Assembly: GCA_016185625.1 (NCBI GenBank)
Contig: JACPND010000007.1
Span: forward strand, 8,262 to 72,261
Length of the DNA: 64,000 bases
Direction of reading: 5' to 3'
Source: Candidatus Woesearchaeota archaeon
GTDB lineage: Archaea; Nanobdellota; Nanobdellia; Woesearchaeales; GW2011-AR9
Part shown: positions 18,023-28,177 of the stretch, in pieces
Numbering within the stretch: position 1 is the first letter of the stretch
Layout: each line of letters starts with the position of its first letter
Position numbers and translations under genes: made by a program
Notes under the pieces: model-generated
The model's database searches: none
Told to the model about the DNA's origin: nothing
Seen by the model: only the letters and a program-made list of their open reading frames with translations

Positions 18023-19204
18023 TCAAGTAGTTTGGGGACATGATTCGGTTATTCCCATAAAATCCGCCGAATATTCCCCGGCCGGCGCCGACTCCCCGAC
18101 GCCAAAGCCTACAAAGAAAACCTTTGATGCGCCCGCTGACAAAGCGCCCTGCAGTGATGATCTCGCGCTGGAACTTTGAAGCACCGCCTCAGTCACCCAG
18201 ATTGGTTTTTTAATGCTATGCTTATCAAGCAATTCCTTGAATGGTCTGACATTCAAGGTTGAGAGATCTCCCCTGCCAACGTAATGTACATTTGCGATAT
18301 CAAAATAATCTGCTCCGCCTAATTCAAAAATATTATCCCAAAATGAAAGGAAGGTTGACTCTACAGCTGCGGCTGCACCTTGTAATACTTTGCAGTCAGG
18401 ACATACTTGCTTTATGGTTTGATAGCTCTCTTTTAAGACCTCGAAGTAATCTTCTTCATCTCCCACAAAAAATATCACTTTAGGATCTTCTTTTATGTCC
18501 GGCTCATTTATGATTTCCCAATATCTTATCGGAATTTTTAGGCCGGGCATGTCATTCTCTCCGTCTCCATCGTATCTTTCCACTGTTTTGGCAACAAATC
18601 TTTTATATGCCTGCATGTCTTTTGGTTTACATAGATACTCCTCTTTTTTTGCCCGGCAATCTGGATCCCAATCCTGATCCCAGTCTGCGAAGGGCTGTAG
18701 CTCTGCCAGAGTCGCAATATTGTTTTCCTGCGCAGCCTTGACCGTCTTGTCCATCTCGCTGAAATCGTAAAGGCCCGGCTTTTTTTCTATGCGCCCCCAG
18801 GTGAAATGAGGCCACATTAATGTTGTCCAACCAGCTCCGATCATATTTATGGTAGCCATTTTATCTGGTGAATAAGCAATCTTAAACCCAATACAGCTGT
18901 TCTCTATAGAATTCTCTATAGAAAGAGGTATACTGACTATAGAATGCGGAATGTTTAGAACTATCCCTTCTGGTTCTGGTGAATCAGACATATTTGGTTG
19001 AGGTGTTCCATTGGGCTTATCCTCCGGACATAAATCAGGATCTTTTTGTTCCGCTTCATCCCAGACACCATCGGGGCATTTTTCAGGATTTATGGTTTTT
19101 TCAGGCGACGATTCTAGCTTAAGTATGCAACCGTTAAGTGATATAAACATAAACAACAAAAATAATAAGGCGATGATGCTGATCTTGGTTTGTTTATGGC
19201 GCAT
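18023..19204 (-). CDS. secreted lipoprotein, putative clan GH-A glycoside hydrolase
   Basis: Signal peptide plus an LNGC lipobox; IINEPD (the NEP acid/base motif) and WVTE (nucleophile Glu context). Confidence 0.45.
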   Translation of the reverse strand: MRHKQTKISIIALLFLLFMFISLNGCILKLESSPEKTINPEKCPDGVWDEAEQKDPDLCPEDKPNGTPQPNMSDSPEPEGIVLNIPHSIVSIPLSIENSIENSCIGFKIAYSPDKMATINMIGAGWTTLMWPHFTWGRIEKKPGLYDFSEMDKTVKAAQENNIATLAELQPFADWDQDWDPDCRAKKEEYLCKPKDMQAYKRFVAKTVERYDGDGENDMPGLKIPIRYWEIINEPDIKEDPKVIFFVGDEEDYFEVLKESYQTIKQVCPDCKVLQGAAAAVESTFLSFWDNIFELGGADYFDIANVHYVGRGDLSTLNVRPFKELLDKHSIKKPIWVTEAVLQSSSARSSLQGALSAGASKVFFVGFGVGESAPAGEYSADFMGITESCPQTT

Positions 19205-19225
19205 TATAATTTGATTAAATGTCTC

Positions 19226-19693
19226 TCACATAAAACTCTGCAGGCTTAAATTCACAATATTCTCCTTCGCTTGCAGTTCTTTGAATTCCGTATTCATCTT
19301 GATGAACAATTGGTTCTCTACAAATAACCGTTGTAACGGCACGCCTTTGGAAATCAAAGCAGCGATGCATTCAGGAATAATGGAAAACGGAAGCTGTGAT
19401 TTGTCCGACAACTCTTTATAGGATAATGGCTGGTCTTCCGTATATAGTGTCAGAAAGAGATTCTTTTCCGCTTGATTGAGCGGAGCGATTGCCGGCTTTT
19501 GTAGCGGCATTCCCTGGGTCAGCTGCAGTTGATCAAGGCGAGATGACATTTTCTCCAGTTTTGCTTCTATTTCCTGCAGGTAATCAAACAACGACTGGAT
19601 TTCTATGGTATTCTCATTGATGGCAGAAAGATGTTCATCAAGTACATTTTGTACGTCGTGAAATTCAGTGCTTACGCTATCCTGGTTTTTCAT
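19226..19693 (-). CDS. hypothetical protein (coiled coil plus a possible winged helix)
   Basis: ORF only. Confidence 0.3.
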   Translation of the reverse strand: MKNQDSVSTEFHDVQNVLDEHLSAINENTIEIQSLFDYLQEIEAKLEKMSSRLDQLQLTQGMPLQKPAIAPLNQAEKNLFLTLYTEDQPLSYKELSDKSQLPFSIIPECIAALISKGVPLQRLFVENQLFIKMNTEFKELQAKENIVNLSLQSFM

Positions 19694-19848
19694 CTGGAAA
19701 CCTCAACAAGCAGTTGACACCTGCTTTTTTATTCTACCACCCTGATGAAAAATTGAATTTCGTACTGGTTTAAATATGTTTCGATTTTGCGGAATTACTG
19801 GAGAATAGTGAGGGAAGGTTTAAATAATTCTTTTGTCTTTTAGAGAGT

Positions 19849-20259
19849 ATGGCAGTTACTGAAGCAGTATGGAAAGCGGCTTCTATTACAGGAATTATTA
19901 CCTCGGCGGATAAGCTCATTAGTAGTTTGAAGGTTTTTGGAAGTGAGCTAGAAGCAACGACTAAAGATAATTTTGGGAGTAAAAAGATAAAGTTGAATGC
20001 CATGGTTGATCTTTATGTGGAATTTGTAAGGAGCATACGTGAGGCGCAAAAAACAGGCAAAATACCGGTAAATTCATTTGAAGATATTAAATTGGAGGCA
20101 GATCAAGTCTACTTTGGTAAAGAAGTAAAAGCACGCATAAAAGAGCTTACTGATTTCAAGGTGATTCAACCACTGGGGCAGCAGGTGCTGGATGGTATGG
20201 AACGTGGATTGCGTGAGATTCAGAATGAATTAAAGGTAGTCTTGAAACGAGTGGCTTGA
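19849..20259 (+). CDS. hypothetical protein
   Basis: ORF only. Confidence 0.3.
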   Translation: MAVTEAVWKAASITGIITSADKLISSLKVFGSELEATTKDNFGSKKIKLNAMVDLYVEFVRSIREAQKTGKIPVNSFEDIKLEADQVYFGKEVKARIKELTDFKVIQPLGQQVLDGMERGLREIQNELKVVLKRVA

Positions 20260-20318
20260 CAATATATCACTACTTTAAGGTAAAAATTTATAAATGAAAG
20301 CCTATTTCTCATCAGAAT

Positions 20319-20789
20319 ATGGGCCATCTCCTATACCTGCCTAAGGAACAGTTAGATTCACGTACCCGTTCTTTGGATGATTTTTTAGAAGCGTGCGAAC
20401 TTCGAGATGTTGAACGAGTTGGTATTAGCATTCGACAAGGGATTCCTAGTACCCTGGACAGATTTACGCGCATGCCTTTTCTGATTCGATATTCTGGGCA
20501 TAATGCAGCCGGAAGGATGGTAGTGGCACGATCGCAGGAGGATGTCGACTGCCTTTTATTTGAGAAAAGTGATCGTGAGTTTCGTCGTCCACTTTGGGGA
20601 ATTTCAGATAGATATCCGGCTCATATTTCATTGATTGAATATGGAAAAGCGTGCACACGGTACTGTGCTGGTCGGGGTCGTTTTCCCACGAAACTGCACG
20701 TTGCATATCCTCGTGATTACACCTGGCATTTGAGGCCAGCAGATATATCAGTAGTACCAGAGAGAATTCCTGCGTTCGCATTTTTGTGA
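20319..20789 (+). CDS. hypothetical protein (156 aa); its stop overlaps the methyltransferase start
   Basis: ORF only; its operon-like arrangement with the next gene is the only supporting feature. Confidence 0.35.
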   Translation: MGHLLYLPKEQLDSRTRSLDDFLEACELRDVERVGISIRQGIPSTLDRFTRMPFLIRYSGHNAAGRMVVARSQEDVDCLLFEKSDREFRRPLWGISDRYPAHISLIEYGKACTRYCAGRGRFPTKLHVAYPRDYTWHLRPADISVVPERIPAFAFL

Positions 20790-21445
20790 GAAAATTTAAT
20801 AATAAGACCTACAATTTGTTTTCTATGATTCGTTCAAAGCGTGATTTAGAAGTCGAACTAAGCAAGCTCAAGACGTTTGAAACGCCGTCTCTGGAACTGG
20901 AACAATACAGCACGCCGTCATCCATCGCTGCTGAATGGATCTGGAACATGGCGATGAAAGGAGAAGTGGCGGGAAAAGTTATTCTTGACGCGGGATGCGG
21001 GCCGGGAATTTTGGGAATAGGACTCTTGTTGATGGGTGCAAGGAAGGTCTATTTTCTGGATGCGGATGAGAAAGTGATGCGGATCTGCCTGGTGAACTAT
21101 GAGAATATAAAGAAAGAATGGGAAATAGGAGCCGCTGAGTTTATCATCAATGATATTTCATTATTTGACGAGCCAGTGGATATTGTCATCCAAAATCCAC
21201 CCTTTGGGACCAAGGAGGCCCATACGGACAAGAAATTTCTGGAGAAAGCGTTTACTGTTTCAAAAATAGTATATAGTATGCACAAATATTCGACCAAAGC
21301 GTTTGTGGAGGCAATAGTACGGGATTTTGGATTTCGGATAACGGATGTCTGGCGATATGAATTTCCCATCAAGGCGACGTTCACATTCCACGAGAAGCCG
21401 AAAGTCATGGTAGATGTGGGATTGTGGAGAATGGAGAAAGATTGA
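20786..21445 (+). CDS. class I SAM-dependent RNA methyltransferase, METTL5/COG2263-like (N6-adenine-specific)
   Basis: DAGCGPGILG (motif I) and NPPFG (motif IV). Confidence 0.7.
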   Translation: MRKFNNKTYNLFSMIRSKRDLEVELSKLKTFETPSLELEQYSTPSSIAAEWIWNMAMKGEVAGKVILDAGCGPGILGIGLLLMGARKVYFLDADEKVMRICLVNYENIKKEWEIGAAEFIINDISLFDEPVDIVIQNPPFGTKEAHTDKKFLEKAFTVSKIVYSMHKYSTKAFVEAIVRDFGFRITDVWRYEFPIKATFTFHEKPKVMVDVGLWRMEKD

Positions 21446-21460
21446 GTAATACACCCAACA

Positions 21461-21626
21461 GTAATACTTCAGTATCCTGAAGTGAAGCACCACCATCTTC
21501 TCGCCTTCGATAGGGGAATTGAAAGCTGCCGTTCCCCGGAGGGGGCAATTCCCCCTTGGCAGCAAGATGTTACTCTTGTAAAGGCTCGACCAAGGATGGT
21601 GGTGCTTCACATTATTGAAGTATTAC
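21461..21626. mobile_element. MITE-like palindromic element, family 1, copy 3
   Basis: Same 12-bp TIRs; internal 14-bp stem GAAGCACCACCATC/GATGGTGGTGCTTC; 8-bp TSD acccaaca/gcccaaca. Confidence 0.75.
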
Positions 21627-21677
21627 GCCCAACAACAACCTTTATAAACAAAAAATAAAACCCTCCTCTGTTTCACC

Positions 21678-24600
21678 ATGACCAAAATAAACCGCCTTTC
21701 CATCCACGGATTTAAGAGCTTTGCCAACAAGACGGAGGTCTATTTTGATGATAAATATAACTGCATCCTGGGGCCGAATGGCTCGGGTAAAAGTAATGTC
21801 GGCGATGCGTTGTGTTTCGTCCTAGGCCGTTTGTCCGCCAAATCCATGCGGGCAGAGAAATCTTCGCATCTTTTATTTAACGGCGGAAAGAACAAGAAAC
21901 CTGTCTCTACCGGCTACGTGGAGATCGCTTTTGATAATACCCAGAAGATTTTTCCTATTTCAGAGAAAGAAGTGGTGGTGAATAGAACTATCACCAAGGA
22001 CGGCAACAGCATTTATCGCTTAAACGGGAAGAAACTTACCCGGCAGGAAGTGCTGGATGTGCTGGCCGCGGCCAAGATCAATCCCAACGGCTACAATATC
22101 ATTCTTCAGGGCGACATTACCCATTTTGTCGACATGCCCACCGTGGAGCGAAGAAAGATTATCGAAGAAATCAGCGACGTTTCAGTTTACGAAGAAAAGA
22201 AACATAAAGCGTTATTAGAATTGCAGAAAGTGGAAGAGCAGCTGAACTCTGCAGAAATAATTCTTAAAGAGAGGAAAACACATCTGAAAGAACTCAAGAA
22301 AGACCGTGATCAGGCGCTGGAATTTAAGGAATTAAAAGGGAAAATTGATTCCTCCAAAGCGACCTTCCTCCATCTCCAGATTCAGGAACTGGAGCAGAAG
22401 AAACAGAAAATCGAAGAGGAGATCAAGAAACATCAGGAAAAGATGGGTTCGACGGAAAAGAAAATTGTCGAGTTTAAATCGCAGATTCAGGCGAAAAAAG
22501 ACCAGATCACCAAAATCAATCAGGAGATTGAGCAGAAAGGAGAGAAGGAGCAGGTGCGCGTACATAAAGACATTGAAGATCTGAAAGTGGGGCTGGCGAG
22601 AGACAAGACCCGGATGAGCACGATTAAAGATGAAATCACCAAAGTCCAGCAGCGGAAAGATCAGTTCCGGCAGGAAATCCGCGAGTTAGAAGACAAAGCC
22701 TCGGCCAACAGCCAGCAGTTGAAAGAAGCGCAGCAGGCGATCAAAGCCAAGCAGCGGGAACAGCAGGACGTCGAGCAGAAAATTACGGAATTCAAGAAAA
22801 AGAACAAGATAGAGGCTTCGCAGGACTTAGACCAGGAAATTGAAGAGAAGGACAAGCTCATCGAGAAAAAGCAGGAAGAGATCCAGCAACTGCGGCAGAA
22901 ACAGCAGGAATCCCTGCGCGAGAAGGACAAGCTGGAATTTCAGGTCCAGACGATCGATGAGAAAATACGGAAAGTCAAGGAAGTCGAGCAGGAGAACAAG
23001 CAGCAGGTGAAAGAGCTGCAGAACATGAAGAATGAGTTTAAGACCGCGACGCTGCGCTTGAACCAATGCTTGGATCAGGATTCCGGCTTCTCGGCGCAAT
23101 TAGGGAATGCCCGGAAAAAGTTAGTCGATTTGCAGGAGCAGAAAGCCAAAGCCGATGCGAAAACGCAATCAGTGTTAGCACACATCGCGGGGAATGAAGC
23201 GTTGAAAGCGCTGGCCAAGAAGAAGATGAAAGGCGTCTTTGGCACGATTGCGGAATTGGGGCAGGTCAATAAAAAATATTCGCTGCCGCTGGAAGTGGCT
23301 GCCGGAAATAAGACCCAGCATGTGGTCGTTGAGGATGATCAAGTTGCGGCAGAGTGCATCAAATTCCTGCAGCAGAATAAATCAGGCACCGCGTCATTCA
23401 TCCCCCTCAATAAAATCAAATATCAGGAAGTGGCTGACGAAGATAAAAAACTGCGTAAGCAGCAGGGTGTGCATGACTTCGCAATCGATCTAATTTCCTT
23501 CAAGCCGCAGTTCAAAAAAGCCTTTGCCCATGTCTTCGGCAACACGCTCGTTGTAGAAAATATTGAAACCGCCCGTAACCTTGGCGTGGGACGCATCAGG
23601 ATGGCCACTATGGATGGGAATCAGATCGAATTTTCCGGCGTGATGAAAGGCGGGTATCTGCAGCGGAGAGCTGCCTCATTTCAGGAGAAAGATGCGCTGG
23701 AAGAAGCGGACAAGATGGAGAAAGAGATTGCCAACTGGCAGGCCGTGGTGCAAAAGGTGGAAGTGCAGCGCGAAGCCAATGAGCGGGAGATTTCACAGTT
23801 ACGATTACGCAAAGGAGAATTGGAAGGGGAGATTATAACTTTAGAGAAGACCCTGCATCTGGGCGGATCGGATTTAGAAGCAAGCGCCGAAGTGAAGAAG
23901 GAATTGCAGGAGCAGCTGAAGAAAATCGATGCCGATCTGGCACTGGTGAATAAGGACATCACGGCACTGAACAAGGAGTTGGCAGACCTGAAAACAAAGA
24001 AACAGGCGTTGCGCGACCAGATCACGGAATTACGCAATCCGCGGTTATTGGCGCAGCTGACCGCCTTTGAGGAATTGAAGCACAACCTGCGGGAAGAGAT
24101 GCTGCATCTGGAGAATCAATTGAAGAACAGCCATTTGCAGGTGGAACAATTAATCAATCCGGAATTGGAAAAGATAAAAGAGATTATCAAACAGCATGAT
24201 AAGGAAGAAGCGCAATTTTCTGAAGAATTGCGAGCGCTATCCGGCACGGTAAAAGAGCGGGAGAAAGATCTGGAGAAGAAAGAGAAAGAAAGCAAGGACT
24301 TCTATGCGCAATATAAAGAATTATTCAATGTGCGGGAGAAATTATCTTCCGAGATTTCCAGGCAGGAAAATGATGTTGAGGGCATCCGTGAAAAATCAAG
24401 GGATGCAGAACGGGAAGTCAACATGGTCTCGCTGGAGAACGCAGAATTGAAAGCAAAAGTGGCGGGCTTGCAGGAAGAATTTAACCGCTATAAAGACGTG
24501 CCGCTTCTTAAAGAGAAGAAAGCTGATGAATTGAAGCAGGAGATGGCCAAGTTTGAAGTGATGCTCTCGCAGATGTCGGCAGTGAACATGAAAGCGCTGG

Positions 24601-25160
24601 AGATTTATGAGCAGGTGGAGCAGGAATATACTAAATTATTAGAGAAGATGGAGAAGCTCGGAAAAGAAAAAACCGATGTTCTGGCGTTCATGAATGAGGT
24701 TGAGACGAAGAAGAAGGATCATTTCCTGAAAACATTTGAGCAGGCGAACCAGAACTTCCAGCGGATCTTTACCAGCCTGTTCAAGAAAGGAAATGCGCTG
24801 CTGCAGTTAGATAATCCCCAGAATCCATTTGAAGACGGCGTGAGCATCAAGGTGAAGATTACGGGGAATCGATATTTAGATCTGAAATCGCTGTCCGGCG
24901 GAGAGAAGACGCTCACGGCGCTTTCGTTTATTTTCGCCATGCAGGAATTCCAGCCGGCGTCGTTTTATATCTTAGATGAGATTGACGCCGCTTTGGATAA
25001 GCATAATTCCGAGACGCTGGCGAAATTGATAAGGTCGTATGCTGACCGGGCGCAGTATCTTATCATTTCGCACAACGATTCAGTGATTTCGGAAGCTGAT
25101 ACGCTCTATGGTGTGAGCATGACGGATGGCGTGAGTAAAGTGACGAGCTTGAGGATTTGA
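21678..25160 (+). CDS. smc: chromosome segregation protein SMC
   Basis: 1160 aa with Walker A GPNGSGKSN, long coiled coils, the ABC signature LSGGEKTLTALSF, and Walker B ILDEIDAALD. Confidence 0.9.
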   Translation: MTKINRLSIHGFKSFANKTEVYFDDKYNCILGPNGSGKSNVGDALCFVLGRLSAKSMRAEKSSHLLFNGGKNKKPVSTGYVEIAFDNTQKIFPISEKEVVVNRTITKDGNSIYRLNGKKLTRQEVLDVLAAAKINPNGYNIILQGDITHFVDMPTVERRKIIEEISDVSVYEEKKHKALLELQKVEEQLNSAEIILKERKTHLKELKKDRDQALEFKELKGKIDSSKATFLHLQIQELEQKKQKIEEEIKKHQEKMGSTEKKIVEFKSQIQAKKDQITKINQEIEQKGEKEQVRVHKDIEDLKVGLARDKTRMSTIKDEITKVQQRKDQFRQEIRELEDKASANSQQLKEAQQAIKAKQREQQDVEQKITEFKKKNKIEASQDLDQEIEEKDKLIEKKQEEIQQLRQKQQESLREKDKLEFQVQTIDEKIRKVKEVEQENKQQVKELQNMKNEFKTATLRLNQCLDQDSGFSAQLGNARKKLVDLQEQKAKADAKTQSVLAHIAGNEALKALAKKKMKGVFGTIAELGQVNKKYSLPLEVAAGNKTQHVVVEDDQVAAECIKFLQQNKSGTASFIPLNKIKYQEVADEDKKLRKQQGVHDFAIDLISFKPQFKKAFAHVFGNTLVVENIETARNLGVGRIRMATMDGNQIEFSGVMKGGYLQRRAASFQEKDALEEADKMEKEIANWQAVVQKVEVQREANEREISQLRLRKGELEGEIITLEKTLHLGGSDLEASAEVKKELQEQLKKIDADLALVNKDITALNKELADLKTKKQALRDQITELRNPRLLAQLTAFEELKHNLREEMLHLENQLKNSHLQVEQLINPELEKIKEIIKQHDKEEAQFSEELRALSGTVKEREKDLEKKEKESKDFYAQYKELFNVREKLSSEISRQENDVEGIREKSRDAEREVNMVSLENAELKAKVAGLQEEFNRYKDVPLLKEKKADELKQEMAKFEVMLSQMSAVNMKALEIYEQVEQEYTKLLEKMEKLGKEKTDVLAFMNEVETKKKDHFLKTFEQANQNFQRIFTSLFKKGNALLQLDNPQNPFEDGVSIKVKITGNRYLDLKSLSGGEKTLTALSFIFAMQEFQPASFYILDEIDAALDKHNSETLAKLIRSYADRAQYLIISHNDSVISEADTLYGVSMTDGVSKVTSLRI

Positions 25161-25346
25161 GGGCTCTGTTCAATTATCGGCATATACACCTCGTATGTTG
25201 GGTTTTAGGCCTTGTTTCAAAGAAGTAATCCGTCGATAAAACTGTGCTTTGTACATAAAGACATCAAAAAAATATGAATATGCCGAAGACTAAAGAGAAT
25301 CGGATTTGAGAAAGATTTAAATATAAATTGTTCTTTTACTATTTTC

Positions 25347-25526
25347 ATGGCCAGACCAATCGAACCAACTCCAACCTTGGAAGGAAAAGATGCAGAGAAC
25401 TTCTACAAAGAATTAGAAAGACCGAGGACTGCGGAAGAACTGGAACAGAGAAGAGAAATGTTTGAGCGGGCTGAGAAAACATTCAAAACTCTGGGAAAGG
25501 ACATTATCAGAAAAATGATGGAATAA
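25347..25526 (+). CDS. small protein (59 aa), putative antitoxin partner of the GNAT gene
   Basis: MARPIEPTPTLEGKDAENFYKEL...; its stop overlaps the GNAT start codon (TAATG). Confidence 0.4.
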   Translation: MARPIEPTPTLEGKDAENFYKELERPRTAEELEQRREMFERAEKTFKTLGKDIIRKMME

Positions 25527-26047
25527 TGGTATCTGGTAATTCCATAATTACTATACGGGATGTGGAGATTAAAGAATTATCAAATATCTACGATTTGTCC
25601 GGCTTTGATTGCGAGGATGATGATCTTAACGAATTTCTCAAAAAAGATGCTTTTGAGTATCGCAAAGAGCTTATCGCCAAAACTTTTCTCGTGATTTATA
25701 AAGAACAGGTGATCGGCTTCTTTAGTGTCATGAATGATGCGGTAAAATTGAGAACGGAAGAAAGCTCCTTTCTTAATGTGCAGCATCTCCATGAATATCC
25801 TTCTTTGAAAATTGGACGACTGGCAGTTGATAAGAGGTTCAAAAAGCAGGGTATAGGCCGTATTTGCATTGATTTCATTGTAGGCCTGGGAATGGTGATC
25901 AACGAGACCTCTGCCTGCCGTTTCATTACTGTTGATTCCTATCCCCTGAGTGTTGGATTCTATGAAAAGCAAGGGTTTGTACAAAACCAGATGTACAGCG
26001 AAAAGAGGAATTTTGTCAGCATGCGGCTGGATTTGCTGATGGTGTGA
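25526..26047 (+). CDS. GNAT-family N-acetyltransferase, toxin-like (FDCEDDDLNEFL N-terminal motif)
   Basis: RLAVDKRFKKQGIGRICI acetyl-CoA binding motif. The size and the overlapping small upstream ORF match the antitoxin/GNAT-toxin module architecture. Confidence 0.6.
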   Translation: MVSGNSIITIRDVEIKELSNIYDLSGFDCEDDDLNEFLKKDAFEYRKELIAKTFLVIYKEQVIGFFSVMNDAVKLRTEESSFLNVQHLHEYPSLKIGRLAVDKRFKKQGIGRICIDFIVGLGMVINETSACRFITVDSYPLSVGFYEKQGFVQNQMYSEKRNFVSMRLDLLMV

Positions 26048-26107
26048 GCAAAGTGACAAGTCTGAGGCTTTAGAAATATATTTATAGTTGCAAATCTTCT
26101 TCTTTCC

Positions 26108-26794
26108 ATGTCCTTCCTTTTCCGCAAATACCAGATTATCCGTAATTTTCCTCCCCACTACCCCTGGTACAAAAAGATTTTTGCCAACCTCCTCTACTGG
26201 ATTACCGGGATGATCATCCATTCACGGAAGAATTTGTTAACCCAGAGAGATATCATCCGTGCACGCGTACGGTTACGGCGGGGAGATATTCTCTTGTTAG
26301 GGAATCTGCGGGAAAGTTCCAGCTTGTTCATTACGGGTCCGCTGACGCATTCCGCAATCTACGTCGGCCGGCGCAGAGTTATTGAGGCCGTAGGAAGAGG
26401 AGTGCAGTATAATGGCCTGCAGCATTTATTTAGCAATTATGATACCTTGGCAATTTTAAGGTTGCCTAAGGGAACACGACGACGGCACTGGATCATCCAC
26501 AAGGCCATCCGCTTTGCCAAAGAGCAACTGGGAAAGCCGTACGATTTTGATTTTGACGCTAAATCGGGAAAGTATTTCTGCACAGAATTGGTGAATAAGG
26601 CCTTTCGTCAGGCAGGTCATAATACGGGATTACGAGATATTAAGCCCTTTCGCACGTTTTTTGAAAAGATGGAAAAGCTCTTGTTTACCGTACGGAAAAT
26701 ATTGCAGCCGGAGGAGTTTGTGCGCGGGAATTTTCGGGTGGTGTTTATGTCGCATAATTTGAGGATGAAAAGGAGAAGGATGGTGCTTACGTAG
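26108..26794 (+). CDS. permuted papain-fold amidase, YaeF/YiiX (C92) family
   Basis: GDILLLG, THSAIYVG, EAVGRGV, GKPYDFDFD and YFCTELV align with the E. coli YiiX motifs GDIIF / EAVSRGV / GRPYDYSF / YCSELV. Confidence 0.6.
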   Translation: MSFLFRKYQIIRNFPPHYPWYKKIFANLLYWITGMIIHSRKNLLTQRDIIRARVRLRRGDILLLGNLRESSSLFITGPLTHSAIYVGRRRVIEAVGRGVQYNGLQHLFSNYDTLAILRLPKGTRRRHWIIHKAIRFAKEQLGKPYDFDFDAKSGKYFCTELVNKAFRQAGHNTGLRDIKPFRTFFEKMEKLLFTVRKILQPEEFVRGNFRVVFMSHNLRMKRRRMVLT

Positions 26795-26875
26795 ACATTT
26801 GCACACTTGGACAGAAATTATACTTGTGCACCTGATAGATCTGCAACGCAGAATAATCCTTAAGTCTGAAGTAGA

Positions 26876-27162
26876 AATGGGTCAGAAATTTACGGTTATT
26901 ATTGAACAAGGAGAAGATGTTATTTAATCTCTGATGTAGTGGAACTCCTTGGGTGTCATACCCAAGCTAAAACATATGATGAATTAATTGAAAGAACTAA
27001 AAGGTAAAAAGGAAGTCATATGTTCTTTGGTCATCCTGATGGAAGAACTACTGTAATTCCCAATCATCCTACTGAACATGTTGATCGTGGTTTGTTGAAT
27101 AAAATTATCAAGCACGATCTGCAAATCAGCAGAGAAGAATTCTTGGAGAATATTTAAACCAC
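26876..27162 (+). pseudogene. decayed hicB-hicA toxin-antitoxin locus
   Basis: MGQKFTVIIEQGEDV, then a frameshift, then YLISDVVELLGCHTQAKTYDELIERTK (HicB-like N-terminus). This is joined directly to KGSHMFFGHPDGRTTVIPNHP...LLNKIIKHDLQISREEFLENI (the HicA-like C-terminal half). The HicB C-terminus and the HicA N-terminus are missing. Confidence 0.55.
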
Positions 27163-27166
27163 TGCT

Positions 27167-28111
27167 TCACCCCATCCGATCCAATATTTCATGCGCATTT
27201 GTCGCATTTAAATATTCGTGCAATTCCCAGTTTTTGGCGTCGCCGAGTATCCGCATCATCAGTGAATTCTTCTCCTGATTACTCACCCGGGCCATTTTAT
27301 CCGCTGAAATCAACCCGTACGGATACCCGAGAAAGAGGGCATCGGAACTGTGATGAAGTAAGTGCGGCAGCAGGTCTTTATTGCCTTCAAAGCGAAAGAC
27401 GTGCTTGGCGTTTGGATGCAATTTGACGAAATACGTCTTTCCATCCACAAAATAACTCCACTGCTGAAATGGGCTCAGTTTCTGGAGCAGTACGGTAGGG
27501 CTGTTACCACACGTGGTGAAGAGAGAACAAGTCTTGGCCAGCGCAGAAACATGGTCTTTCAGCGCCTGAAGATATTTCTCTTCTCCCATAAATATCGGCG
27601 TAAGTGTTCCATCAAGAAGGATGTAATCGGCTTTAATTTTAGCTGCCAGCGATAATTCCGCATACCGCCGGGCCATCGATGTCATGGTGCTGATGGGAGC
27701 GCGTTCATTCCCGGCACGAATAGAGGCATCGTTGGAATTGATCACCAAATCTTCTTCGTGGATGAGCCCTGGACCATGAAGCGGAAATAGTTTCCCTTCG
27801 TACCAGATATCGCCGTGCCGGTATTGGGCAGTCGTCAGCAGATAGAATTCATGGCTTTCTGAAGAGATTTTTTTTCCTGCCTGCATCACCTGCGCAAAGA
27901 TGCGGATGAAACTCAGACAAAGATTTCCGCCGGAGAGAATTTCGGCCTGGCCTCCATCGATAAAGGCAATGGTTTTTTCTGAGTTTTGAGGGTGGATTTC
28001 CTGGTAGTGTTCCTGGGTTACCGGAATGACTTTATTATTGAAGAGCAGATTATCCGTAAGGAAGAACACTTTGAATTTCTGGCGGATGTGTTCAGAGATA
28101 GTAGAGAGCAT
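27167..28111 (-). CDS. NurA-like nuclease (RNase H-like fold), tentative
   Basis: IAFIDGGQAE near the N-terminus resembles the NurA IDGS motif; no herA, mre11 or rad50 nearby. Confidence 0.35.
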   Translation of the reverse strand: MLSTISEHIRQKFKVFFLTDNLLFNNKVIPVTQEHYQEIHPQNSEKTIAFIDGGQAEILSGGNLCLSFIRIFAQVMQAGKKISSESHEFYLLTTAQYRHGDIWYEGKLFPLHGPGLIHEEDLVINSNDASIRAGNERAPISTMTSMARRYAELSLAAKIKADYILLDGTLTPIFMGEEKYLQALKDHVSALAKTCSLFTTCGNSPTVLLQKLSPFQQWSYFVDGKTYFVKLHPNAKHVFRFEGNKDLLPHLLHHSSDALFLGYPYGLISADKMARVSNQEKNSLMMRILGDAKNWELHEYLNATNAHEILDRMG

Positions 28112-28177
28112 AAGGGCTGTTTTGATACCAGGATTAATTAAGATTGTGGTGAAGAAAAAGCGAAATGCAGTACAGTC

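Noticed and set aside
22332-24085. Several long antisense or alternative-frame ORFs inside smc (e.g. 22332-22565, 22345-22584, 23681-24085)
   Set aside because: Low-complexity K/R/S-rich translations generated by the repetitive coiled-coil codons of SMC; spurious.
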